Assembly (NCBI RefSeq): GCF_023055435.1
Contig: NW_025963890.1
Location: forward strand, 17,484,001 to 17,548,000
From: Haliotis rufescens
Taxonomy: Eukaryota
Length of the DNA: 64,000 nucleotides
Direction: 5' to 3'
Position 1 is the stretch's first letter. Each line of letters starts with the position of its first letter. Shown one piece after another: positions 25,726 through 38,606 of the stretch. The notes under the pieces are model-generated. The model saw only the letters and a list, made by a program, of their open reading frames with translations, ran no database searches and was not told where the DNA came from. A program made the position numbers and the translations under genes.

Positions 25726-26356
25726 GATGACAGGTTCAGGAATTGCAATTAAGGACAGGAAAATAACGCTTTCAGAACAGCCAAGTGCAGATGTAGCATT
25801 AAAAATGGCGTTGATGTAACATCAAAGTGACAACCGTCGTCAAGGAAGACATGAAGTCTCGTAAAATCACGCGATATTACAAAATAAAGTTAACTGGCTC
25901 TCGAATTCATTTACGCTTGCACTGGGGTGTTAGAGACGGAGCTCGGCTGTATTTTGAGGAGAGAAGTTTAGTCGCGCCATCATATAAATGAAGCAAGATT
26001 AATTATGAGCTGAAATAATTCCTCCAGGCACGATTCTGGGTGGTACTCGTTACTATTAAACCAGCAGCTTGTAAGGGTCCGTCAAATTTATGGCACGACA
26101 GTGACTAAAATCATACTATGGCTATTTTCATAACCAGCAATATAAGGGGTGCTCAGGATTTATTCTGACCGGGACCTCACGGGGACAGGTATATCGAGAT
26201 GACAGGTACCATCAGCCGACCCTGCATGGTTGGTACACTAGTTTCAGGTCATGAGTATGGTTTTACGCCGCTTTTAGCATTATTCCAGCAATATCACGGC
26301 TGGGGACAACAGAAATGGGCTTCACACATTGTGCCCATGTTTGGAATCGACCCCAG

Positions 26357-26463
26357 GACCCTGTTCCACAAAGCGATCTTAGCGCTAAGTCGATCGGAAC
26401 TCACTTTCTTTAACACTGACTTACGACAGTCATAGCGATAAGATTGCTTTGTGGAACGGGGTC
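26357..26463. mobile_element. 107-bp fold-back MITE (PIF/Harbinger-like) inside a SINE; second copy at 32755-32861
   Basis: ~30-bp inverted arms GACCCTGTTCCACAAAGC.../...GCTTTGTGGAACGGGGTC; 3-bp CAG duplication; empty site at ~1245. Confidence 0.8.
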
Positions 26464-26784
26464 CAGGTCTTCAGCGTGACGAGCCAACGCTTTAACCACT
26501 AGGCTACCCTACCGCCCCTTGAGGTCACTATCAGGTCATAACCAGGGGCATGTTCAACAATACTTTTGTTATGGAGTACATTGACTTGCTTGAACAGGAT
26601 TAACATGACTTTACCCGAACAAAACACTTAAAACATTAAGTAGAAGACAGCTTTCATATTAGCCTTTTTCATTAAAGAAAAGATATTACATGGGGAAAAA
26701 TATCAGGATATGAATATTTTAATTTAAGAAATATAAATTAATGTTGAAGCTTCGTTAAAAATTCAAAAATTCGATAAGTAATTA

Positions 26785-28245
26785 GAATAAGAGGCCCATA
26801 GGGCCTGTATCGCTCACCTGGATATTGACGCAATCATGACAAAATATACATTTGCATTGTACATGTATATAATACTCCAAATATTTCGTAATTTTGATTC
26901 TGTCAGCATTTAATATGGGTGGATGGCCAATCTGACAGCATAAACGTGTATTTATCTAGATACAAATGTGGCATAAAGATCTGAACCGTTTCCATGTTAT
27001 GATCCAGGATATATCATATTTAAGGTATTATTCTCTTCATAACAAACAAATGTATACAATGTATCTGTTTATTATAGGCTGGGGATAACATCGGTTTGCA
27101 AGTTATGGTCAAGATTTCAACTCCTTTGGGAGTGCCGGACAGATGAACAGAAGGGCAAGTCCTTGTAGCATATGTGCATTCCTCTCATTATACTCTCAAT
27201 TGTACATATGGTTATACGGTAGGAATCTTAACTGTGTCCAAGTTATAAACTCTTTTTAGCCCCGCCCCTTAGTCCCCGGGGTAGGGGGTAGGGTTCAGCC
27301 CCTCCATTTCTCCAATTTGAATCCCCACCATTGGAGAATACTTCCATCCAAATATGGTTAAAAACTATCTCTTAGTACCAGAGAGGAAGTCGTCTGAAGC
27401 AATATAGCCAAACTACCCCTATTTCGCCCCGCCCCTCAGCCTCTTAGGGGATGATCAGCCCTTCCATTTGTACAATTTTGAATTCTCACCACCAGAGAAT
27501 GCTTCCAACAATATATGGTTGATATCTATCTCTTAGTTCTAGAGAAGAAGTCGTTTAAAGTAATATGGCCAAATTACGCCTATTTCGCCCCGCCCCTCAG
27601 GCTCTTCAGGGGTGATCAGCCCTACCATTTGTACAATTTTGAATTCTCACCACCCACCGGGGAATGCTTCCAACAATATATGGTTGATATCTATCTCTCA
27701 GTTCAAGAGAAGAAGTTATTTAAAACAATAACGCCAAATTACTCCTATTTGGCCCCGCCCCTCACTAGTTTGGGTGGGGGTGGGATGTCAGCCCCACCAT
27801 TTGTACACCTAGGGATGCTTCCAGTCTAATTTTGTTAATTTCCAACTAGTAGTTCAGAAGAAGTTTAAAACGATAACGCCAAATTACTATTTGGCCACGC
27901 CCCTAAGCCCCTTAGGGTGTGATCAGCCCCTCCAATTGTACAGTTTTGAATCCTCACAACCGGAGAATGCTTCCACCCAAATATGATTGATATCTATCTC
28001 TTAGTTCTGGAGAAGAAGTCGTTTAAAGCAATATAGCCAAATAACGCCTATTTGGCCCCGCCCCTCAGCCCCTGGGGGAGCCCCACCATTTGTACAATTT
28101 TGTAATCCCACCACCTAGGGATGCTTCCAGTCTTATTTTGTTAATGTCCAACTAGTGGTTCAGAAGAAGAAGTCGTTTGAATAAATTGTTGACGGATGAT
28201 AGACGGACGACGGACGCCACGGTATGGCATAAGCTCACCTTGGTC
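26785..28245 (+). mobile_element. HINE-like element, second copy
   Basis: Same termini and internal repeats as 2566-3987. Confidence 0.65.
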
Positions 28246-30338
28246 GGGTGGTCGACTGGTCGGCTCGGAGACAGTATACCGTGTCTGAATGGGTGTCAGT
28301 GTTAAACTGCGGCATGTTATCTGTGGACTAGCACTGTAAAACCGGCTAGTTCAAGGCAGCCACGCACGCACACACACACGTGCACGAACGTATGCGCGAC
28401 GTTAAACCCCATTTCACCTCACCTCACCTTACCAAGGTGATATCCATGTTGAAATGTATGGATGAAATATGATAGGCGTTGCATCATAACCGTTTAGCCG
28501 AGTCCTTGCATCTATTCCAATCAATGTCATGATGTTATGACAAAATGTTCCCAAGCCTCCAAAATATTATTGGCAACACTGAACCATGAACACAGACTGC
28601 CAGAGATGGATACGCTCCTTCTCAACAGAAGGCGGTGGGTAGTCTATTGGTTAAAGGGTTAGCTCCTCATGCCGAAGACCCAGGTTCAATTGCCTACATG
28701 GGTACATGTGTGAAGCGCATATCTGGTGTCCCCCGCACTGATATTCGTGGAATATTGCTGAAAAAGGCGTAACACCGTACTCACTCACTCATTCGTTTTA
28801 AATTCATTTTACATGTTTGATTTGTATCCTGGGCCTACCAGGAATAGCCTGGTTGTCAAAGATGAAACATATTGCAACTGTACCAAAATGTAGACCATTT
28901 AGTCAACAAGAAATGTTGCAACCAGAGGATGTATTCATCTTCGTCAGCCTGTATGTTCATGGTACAGTGTTCATTGTACATTGTGTGCGTGCGTGTAACA
29001 ATTGTTTGGAACCTTGGAAACACAATGCTGTGGGGCCATGACATTAATCCAGTGTCGGAAAGAACTCCACAAAATGATTTGTGGTACAACGCCTGCCACA
29101 CTCCATGCATTAATTTCCCATGGTGGTCAGAAGTTATGTATTGCTCGTGGTACAACTTTCTACTCCATGATTTGATTATTACCAAACATTTTGCAAGTAA
29201 TATATTTCCTAAATATTGTAATAAATGCCTCAAGAGTCCAAAGGAGGACTCACTAATTCATGAGTTTCACATATTTATTATCCTAAAAACACTTGTGTGA
29301 AGATTAAGTAATGCCCGTGTAAACTGCCCAGTATGTGAGTGGATGTGACGTTTGGAATGTTAATTTCTTTCCAGAATTAAATAGGTTAAACACCTGTTCA
29401 AATGGTGCACCTGCGTGCCGTCCCAGATGTAGCAGCTGTTTATGGACTACATGTGTGATCACCATGCGTTAGTCTAGAGTGAGTGAGTGAGTTGGGTTTA
29501 ACGCCGCTTTTACCAGTATTCCAGTTATATCACGGCGTGTCAGCTTAATGTGGGAGGAAAGCCCGAAGTGATGCAGGTCTGAGACGTTTACCACTTCGGG
29601 GAAACCCACGAGCACGGGTATGGTGCTGACAAACCTAGAAACATAATCGGGGCGAATAGGGATTCTAACCACAATCATAGGTTTCTGACGTGCCCAAGGG
29701 ACGCAACTCTGCACAGCGAATCGCGGCGCCTTTATAGACGACTTGGCCACCCGTGCCCCCTCAGAGTTTAAACAGCGTTGGTGAATACTTAATGTTAAAA
29801 GATCAGAACAACTATTCTATTCCTGAACCAAAACTATTAGAATCTTATTCCCATACCTAAAATGGGAATCACATTCCTTTAATAGTCAAAAAGTAAAAAT
29901 ACAATCTGTCCATGACGGAACGTCCAACGCTAACCACGAGTTTTTTGCTTGGCTCGATCAATCGAAATACAACAAATATACGATGCTACCTCTGATAGAA
30001 TACCTACAACCTACTTCTTGGCATTGTTATCTGCAATATGTGATACAAGACGGCCTTATTTCGACCAATATTAATGCATACATACCTAAAAGAGAGAGAG
30101 AGAGATGTCAGGTCATAGTCTAGAACATAGACAGAAAATAGCAGAAAAGGAACAAATCAAAACAAAACAAAATGTTGTAACAAATAATGTATTTCATTAA
30201 CATAAAGGAAATAGCCAAAACAAACAGAGATAGATTTTATGTATTTCCCAAATATTGTAACAAATGCCTCAACAGTCCTAAAATGATTCATAAATGTTTT
30301 GTATATAAGTATATACATATGTGTTCAGAGTTCACTGC

Positions 30339-32120
30339 CTAATCATCCTTCTTCTTAAACACACTCTTGACTCTTCTGAAGAAGTTGGCCACCCTAGATA
30401 GCAAGGCCTTCAGGAAGGAGTGGGTTGGCTGGATGATCTCCTCATCCACGAGATCTACTTCAACAAAGTCAGTGTCGTCCATGATGTACTGACCAGCGAT
30501 AGTGAGGGACACAGAAGGGACAGTGCTGGGGCTAAGGGTCTGTGGGACGGGCAGGTGAGACAAGTGGGCAGGGATGGTCAGGGACTTTGAAGTGGGTTGC
30601 TATAGATAGGGAGGTAGTGGAAAGAATGGAATGTGAGGAAAGAATATTATGTAGATGGAAAAGGTTATTCAATCATTGAATTTTTACTGCAGCAAATAAA
30701 AGATTATGGTGGTAAAGACAGAAAAGGGTATGACAAAAGAAACAAGGTAAATAAAGATGATATATAGTAGATACCGAAAGGTAAATATTTGTTTGTTGTT
30801 TAAAAACGCCGCACTCAGCAGTATTCCAGCTACATGACGGCAGCTGTAAACAATCGAGTCTTGACTAGGCAATCCAGTGATTGACATGATGAGCATCTAT
30901 AGTAAAAATGATGACTTGAAGGATATTCTTGGAAATACAAATGTGACAAACTTTACAGAATTACTGAAGCCTTTGAACCAAAGTACTCTCAACATTCGTA
31001 ATAGGGTTATATTAATTGCATACAGTTGGTTTCAGGTAGGAAAACAGTATAAACATTCAGTTACAGCTTTATGAAAACAGACCAGTACACAGAAGTGGGT
31101 GTTCGACATATCAGTGAAAACTCATGGAAGTGCTAAACAGGCATTGCTAAAGACAAGCCTTCAGGACACCTACATGGCAAGGGGCAGGATAAGTCAGTTG
31201 GGACAGAGGCTGGAGGAACCAGATCATCTGATCAACTGTGGGGAAAAAGAGGAATAAACATACAGGGTACTAAACACCCAGAATGTATGTTGCTGGTTCC
31301 TACTCTTTGGCTGGTGACTAGTAAATTATATATGTATTATTTTGCGGTTAATAAATTATTTGTGCTGACAGATAGGTGGTATATCGCTAAGCTTTTAGGG
31401 GTTCCCCTTTTCCAAAATGTTCCAGTTTTATGTTGGATAACGGGTAGATCTAATTGTAATAACCAAGGGCAGCTAGCCTAGACACTGCAAAGTATATCTC
31501 CCTGTTACTTTATAACTTGAACCCCTCAGACAAAATATGGGATAAGTTACAGTTTACCTTTCACTGCTAAACTAAGTCTATTTGCTAAAATACAAGGGAT
31601 TCAGCCAAGCCATACAATATTGATTTGGGCTCAGACTGCTGTGTCAGTTCTGAGAGTTTATAAGAAATCATGGGCAGATACAGGTTTATAAAAAAGGGAG
31701 TGGGGGACAGGGGATGTTCCACTTGGGCTATTTGTAACTTCAATACGGGCAGTTCCCACACAAAAGACTACCCCAAGACTCACAAACACTTCATGTAAAC
31801 CAATGATAATACATTTACAGAATTCATTTTACAACCAAATCAACATGTTACCATAGTAGGAAAGGCGCATAAAGAATGCCATGAGATGTAAAAGACACAA
31901 GAACCTACATTTTATTATAATGTTTACAAGTTCAAGGTATACAAAGGTCCCTGCATTCAACATCTTAAGCCCCTAAAGCATGCAGTGTTTGAAGATCAGC
32001 ACAGGAGCCATGATACACACTACAGACTGTACCTCATCACACTAAAATACCAACGTGTAGGTACAGAATCTACTGAAGCGTAATTAGAATTGTACCTTGA
32101 ACATAAGTGCTCGCATTCAT
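30339..32120 (-). CDS. Three-exon orphan gene, copy C: join(32120..32096, 31235..31174, 30599..30339); 115 aa
   Basis: Same exon structure. Substitutions R>Q in exon 2, R>S and V>M in exon 3. No indels or stops. Confidence 0.77.
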
Positions 32121-33192
32121 GATGACAGGTTCAGGAATTGCAATAAAGGATAGGAAAATAACGCTTTCAGAACAGCCAAGTGCAGATGTAGCATCAAAAA
32201 TGGCGTCGATGTAACATCAAAGTGACAACCGTCGTCAAGGAAGACATGAAGTCTCGTAAAATCACGCGATATTACAAAATAAAGTTAACTGGCTCTCGAA
32301 TTCATTTGCGCTTGCACTGGGGTGTTAGAGACGGAGCTCGGCCGTATTTTGTTGAGGAGAGAAGTTTAGTCGCGCCATCATATAAATGAAGCAAGATTAA
32401 TTATGAGCTGAAATAATTCCTCCAGGCACGATTCTGGGTGGTACTCGTTACTATTAAACCAGCAGCTTGTAAGGGTCCGTCAAATTTATGGCACGACAGT
32501 GACTAAAATCATACAATGGCTATTTTCATAACCAGCAATATAAGGGGTGCTCGGGATTTATTCTGACCGGGACCTCACGGGGACTGGTATATCGAGATGA
32601 CAGGTACCATCAGCCGACCCTGCATGGTTGGTACACTAGTTTCGGGTCATGAGTATGGTTTTACGCCGCTTTTAGCATTATTCCAGCAATATCACGGCTG
32701 GGGACAACAGAAATGGGCTTCAAACATTGTGCCCATGTTTGGAATCGACCCCAGGACCCTGTTCCACAAAGCGATCTTAGCGCTAAGTCGATCGGAACTC
32801 ACTTTCCTTAACACTGACTTACGACAGTCATAGCGCTAAGATTGCTTTGTGGAACGGGGTCCAGGTCTTCAGCGTGACGAGCCAACGCTTTAACCACTAT
32901 ACCCTACCGCCCCTTCAGGTCACGATCAGGTCATAACCAGGGGCATGTTCAACAATACTTTTCTTATGGAGTACATTGACTTGCTTGAACAGGATTGACA
33001 TGAATTTACCCAAACAAAACACTTAAAACATTAAGTAGGAGACAGCTTTCATATTAGCCTTTTTCATTACAGAAAAGATATTACATGGGGAAAAATATCA
33101 TGATATGAATATTTTAATTTAGGAAATATAAATTAATGTTGAAGCTTCGTTAAAAATTCAAAACTGGTAATCAATGATCGATAAGTAATGAG

Positions 33193-34652
33193 AATAAGAG
33201 GCCCATAGGGCCTGTATCGCTCACCTGGATATTGACGCAATCATGACAAAATATACATTTGCATTGTACATGTATATAATACTCCAAATATTTCGTAATT
33301 TTGATTTTGTCAGCATTTAATATGGGTGGATGGCCAATCTGACAGCATAAACGTGTATTTATCTAGATACAAATGTGGCATAAAGATCTGAACCGTTTCC
33401 ATGTTATGATCCAGGATAAATCATATTTAAGGTATTATTCTCTTCATAACAAACCAATGTATACAATGTATCTGTTTATTATAGGGTGGGGATAATATCG
33501 GTTTGCAAGTTATGGTCAAGATTTCCACTCCTTTGGGAGCGCCGGACAGATGAACAGAAGGGCAAGTCCTTGCAGCATATGTGCATTCCTCTCATTGTTC
33601 TCTCAATTGTACATATGGTTATACGGTTGGGATCTTAACTGTGTCCAAGTTATAAACTCTTTTTAGCCCCGCCCCTTAGTCCTCCGGGGTAGGGGTAGGG
33701 TTCAGCCCCTCCATTTCTCCAATTTGAATCCCCACCATTGGAGAATACTTCCATCCAAATATGGTTAAAAACTATCTCTTTGTACCAGAGAGGAAGTCTT
33801 CTGAAGCAATATAGCCAAACTACCCCTATTTCGCCCCGCCCCTCAGCCTCTTGGGGGATGATCAGCCCTTCCATTTGTACAATTTTGAATTCTCACCACC
33901 AGAGAATGCTTCCAACAATATATGGTTGATATCTATCTCTTAGTTCTAGAGAAGAAGTCGTTTAAAGTAATATGGCCAAATTACGCCTATTTCGCCCCGC
34001 CCCTCAGGCTCTTCAGGGGTGATCAGCCCTACCATTTGTACAATTTTGAATTCTCACCACCCACCGGGGAATGCTTCCAACAATATATGGTTGATATCTA
34101 TCTCTCAGTTCAAGAGAAGAAGTTATTTAAAACAATAACGCCAAATTACTCCTATTTGGCCCCGCCCCTCACTAGTTTGGGTGGGGGTGGGATGTCAGCC
34201 CCACCATTTGTACACCTAGGGATGCTTCCAGTCTAATTTTGTTAATTTCCAACTAGTGGTTCAGAAGAAGTTTAAAACGATAACGCCAAATTACTATTTG
34301 GCCACGTCCCTAAGCCCCTTAGGGTGTGATCAGCCCCTCCAATTGTACAGTTTTGAATCCTCACAACCGGAGAATGCTTCCACCCAAATATGATTGATAT
34401 CTATCTCTTAGTTCTGGAGAAGAAGTCGTTTAAAGCAATATAGCCAAATAACGCCTATTTGGCCCCGCCCCTCAGCCCCTGGGGGAGCCCCACCATTTGT
34501 ACAATTTTGTAATCCCACCACCTAGGGATGCTTCCAGTCTTATTTTGTTAATGTCCAACTAGTGGTTCAGAAGAAGAAGTCGTTTGAATAAATTGTTGAC
34601 GGATGATAGACGGACGACGGACGCCACGGTATGGCATAAGCTCACCTTGGTC
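33193..34652 (+). mobile_element. HINE-like element, third copy
   Basis: Near-identical to 26785-28245. Confidence 0.65.
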
Positions 34653-36746
34653 GGGTGGTCGACTGGTCGGCTCGGAGACAGTATACCGTGTCTGAATGGG
34701 TGTCAGTGTTAAACTGCGGCATGTTATCTGTGGACTAGCACTGTAAAACCGGCTAGTTCAAGGCAGCCACGCACGCACACACACACGTGCACGAACGTAT
34801 GCGCGACGTTAAACCCCATTTCACCTCACCTCACCTTACCAAGGTGATATCCATGTTGAAATGTATGGATGAAATATGATAGGCGTTGCATCATAACCGT
34901 TTAGCCGAGTTCTTGCATCTATTCCAATCAATGTCATGATGTTATGACAAAATGTTCCCAAGCCTCCAAAATATTATTGGCAACACTGAACCATGAACAC
35001 AGACTGCCAGAGATGGATACGCTCCTTCTCAACAGGAGGCGGTGGGTAGTCTATTGGTTAAAGGGTTAGCTCCTCATGCCGAAGACCCAGGTTCAATTGC
35101 CTACATGGGTACATGTGTGAAGCGCATATCTGGTGTCCCCCGCACTGATATTCGTGGAATATTGCTGAAAAAGGCGTAACACCGTACTCACTCACTCATT
35201 CGTTTTAAATTCATTTTACATGTTTGATTTGTATCCTGGGCCTACCAGGAATAGCCTGGTTGTCAAAGATGAAACATATTGCAACTGTACCAAAATGTAG
35301 ACCATTTAGTCAACAAGAAATGTTGCAACCAGAGGATGTATTCATCTTCGTCAGCCTGTATGTTCATGGTACAGTGTTCATTGTACATTGTGTGCGTGCG
35401 TGTAACAATTGTTTGGAACCTTGGAAACACAATGCTGTGGGGCCATGACATTAATCCAGTGTCGGAAAGAACTCCACAAAATGATTTGTGGTACAACGCC
35501 TGCCACACTCCATGCATTAATTTCCCATGGTGGTCAGAAGTTATGTATTGCTCGTGGTACAACTTTCTACTCCATGATTTGATTATTACCAAACATTTTG
35601 CAAGTAATATATTTCCTAAATATTGTAACAAATGCCTCAAGAGTCCTAAAGGAGGACTCACTCATTCATGAGTTTCACATATTTATTATCCTAAAAACAC
35701 TTGTGTGAAGATTAAGTAATGCCCGTGTAAACTGCCCAGTATGTGAGTGGATGTGATGTTTGGAATGTTAATTTCTTTCCAGAATTAAATAGGTTGAAAC
35801 ACCTGTTCAAATGGTGCACCTGCGTGCCGTCCCAGATGTAGCAGCTGTTTATGGACTACATGTGTGATTACCATGCGTTAGTCTAGAGTGAGTGAGTGAG
35901 TTGGGTTTAACGCCGCTTTTACCAGTATTCCAGTTATATCACGGCGTGTCAGCTTAATGTGGGAGGAAAGCCCGAAGTGATGCAGGTCTGAGACGTTTAC
36001 CACTTCGGGGAAACCCACGAGCACGGGTATGGTGCTGACAAACCTAGAAACATAATCGGGGCGAACAGGGATTCGAACCACAATCATAGGTTTCTGACGT
36101 GCCCAAGGGACGCAACTCCGCACAGAGAATCGCGGCGCCTTTATAGACGACTGGGCCACCCGTGCCCCCTCAGAGTTTAAACAGCGTTGGTGAATACGTA
36201 ATGTTAAAAGATCAGATCAACTATTCTATTCCTGAACCAAAACTATTAGAATCTTATTCCCACATAAAAATGGGAATCACATTCCTTTAATAGTCAAACA
36301 GTGAAAACACAATCTGTCCATGACGGAACGTCCAACGCTAACCACGAGTTTTTTGCTTGGCTCGATCAATCGAAAATACAACAAATATACGATGCTACCT
36401 CTGATAGAATACCTACAACCTACTTCTTGGCATTGTTATCTGCAATATGTGATACAAGACGGCCTTATTTCGACCAATATTAATGCATACATACCTAAAA
36501 CAGAGAGAGAGATGTCAGGTCATAGTCAAGAACATAGACAGAAAATAGCAGAAAAGGAACAAATCAAAACAAAACAAAATGTTGTAACAAATAATGTATT
36601 TCATTAACATAAAGGAAATAGCCAAAACAAACAGAGATAGATTTTTATGTATTTCCCAAATATTGTAACAAATGCCTCAACAGTCCTAAAATGATTCATA
36701 AATGTTTTGTATATAAGTATATACATATGTGTTCAGAGTTCACTGC

Positions 36747-37439
36747 CTAATCATCCTTCTTCTTAAACACACTCTTGACTCTTCTGAAGAAGTTGGCCAC
36801 CCTAGATAGCAAGGCCTTCAGGAAGGAGTGGGTTGGCTGGATGATCTCCTCATCCACGAGATCTACTTCAACAAAGTCAGTGTCGTCCACGATGTACTGA
36901 CCAGCGATAGTGAGGGACACAGAAGGGACAGTGCTGGGGCTAAGGGTCTGTGGGACGGGCAGGTGAGACAAGTGGGCAGGGATGGTCAGGGACTTTGAAG
37001 TGGGTTGCTATAGACAGGGAGGTAGTGGAAAGAATGGAATGTGAGGAATGTATATTATGTAGATGGAAAAACATAGAAAAGGTGTGAAAAAAGAAACAAG
37101 GTAAATATATATATATAAAATGATTTGGATACACTTTCCTTATATCATTTTGCAACTCTGAGTTTCACGCACCCATGTTATTACGTACGATCATCAGGCA
37201 TAATGAAACATGATTTTTAGTTTAACCCTTTCTTTTTTGCTCGGCTTGGGGGTTTACCATGGCGACAGGTGAAAATGAGCTCGCTTCTTTTGTTTAGCTT
37301 GTTGGATGTTAGCGTGAAACTTAGCACGTTAGCATGGGTGCATGAAACTCAGAGTTGCAAAATGATATAAGGAAAGTGTATCCAAATCTGTATTTATGCT
37401 CTACTTGTATTGAGCACTCTCTTCTGCAATTGGATCGTA

Positions 37440-37515
<76 letters not shown>

Positions 37516-38606
37516 GTAGATACCGAAAGGTAGATAATTTGTTTGTTGTTTAAAAACGCCACTCAGCAGTATTGCAGCTACATGACGGCGGTCTGTAAAC
37601 AGTCGAGTCTGGACTAGACAATCCAGTGATTGACATCATGAGCATCTATAGTATAGAGATGATGACATGAAGGATATTCTTGGAAATACAAATGTGACAA
37701 ACTTCGCAGAATTACTGAAGCCTTTGAACCAAAGTACTCTCAACATTCATAATAGGGTTTTATTAATTGCATACTGTTGGTTTAAGGTAGGAATATAGTA
37801 TAAACATTCAGTTACAGCTTTATAAAAACAGGGACCAGTACACAGAGGTGTTCCACATATCGGTGAAAACTCATGGAAGTGCTAAACAGGCATTGTTAAA
37901 GACAAGCCTTTATGACACCTACATGGCAAGGGGCAGGATAAGTCAGTTGGGACAGAGGCTGGAGGAACCAGATCATCCGATCAACTGTGGGGAAACAGAA
38001 GAATAAACATACAGGGTATTAAACGCCCAGAATGTATGTTGCTGGTCCCTAACCTTTGGCTGGTGACTAGTAAATAATATATCATTTTGCAGTTAATAAA
38101 TTATTTGTGCGGACAGATAGGTGGTATATCGCTAAGCTTTTAGGGGTTCCCCTTTTCCAAAATGTTGCAGGGGTGTGTTCCACTTGGGCTATTTGTAACT
38201 TCAATACGGGCAGTTCCCACACAAAAGACTACCCCAAGACTCACAAACACTTTATGTAAACCACCTATATTAATACATTTACGGAATTCATTTTACAACC
38301 AAATCAACATGTTATCATGGTAGGAATGGTGCATAAAGAATGTCGTGAGATGTAAAAAGAACACCAGAACCCATGTTTTCTTATAATGTTTACAAGTTCA
38401 AGGTACACAAAGGGCCCTGCATTCAACATCTTAAGCCCCCAAAGTATCAAAGTGTTTGTGGTTCAGTACAGGAGTCATGATAGATCGTAAACATGATGAT
38501 ACACACTGCCTCATCACACTAATACACCAACAATGGCAACATGTAGGTACGGAATCTACTGAAGCGTAATTAGAATTGTACCTTGAACATAAGTGCTCGC
38601 ATTCAT
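36747..38606 (-). CDS. Three-exon orphan gene, copy D: join(38606..38582, 37984..37923, 37007..36747); 115 aa
   Basis: Exons and splice sites are intact despite a fold-back insertion, a (GT)n tract and deletions in the introns. Confidence 0.77.
37122..37388. mobile_element. Fold-back element in intron 2 of copy D
   Basis: 56-bp near-perfect inverted arms at 37122-37177 and 37333-37388. Confidence 0.8.
37442..37508. repeat. (GT)n microsatellite
   Basis: Uninterrupted TG run seen directly. Confidence 0.97.
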
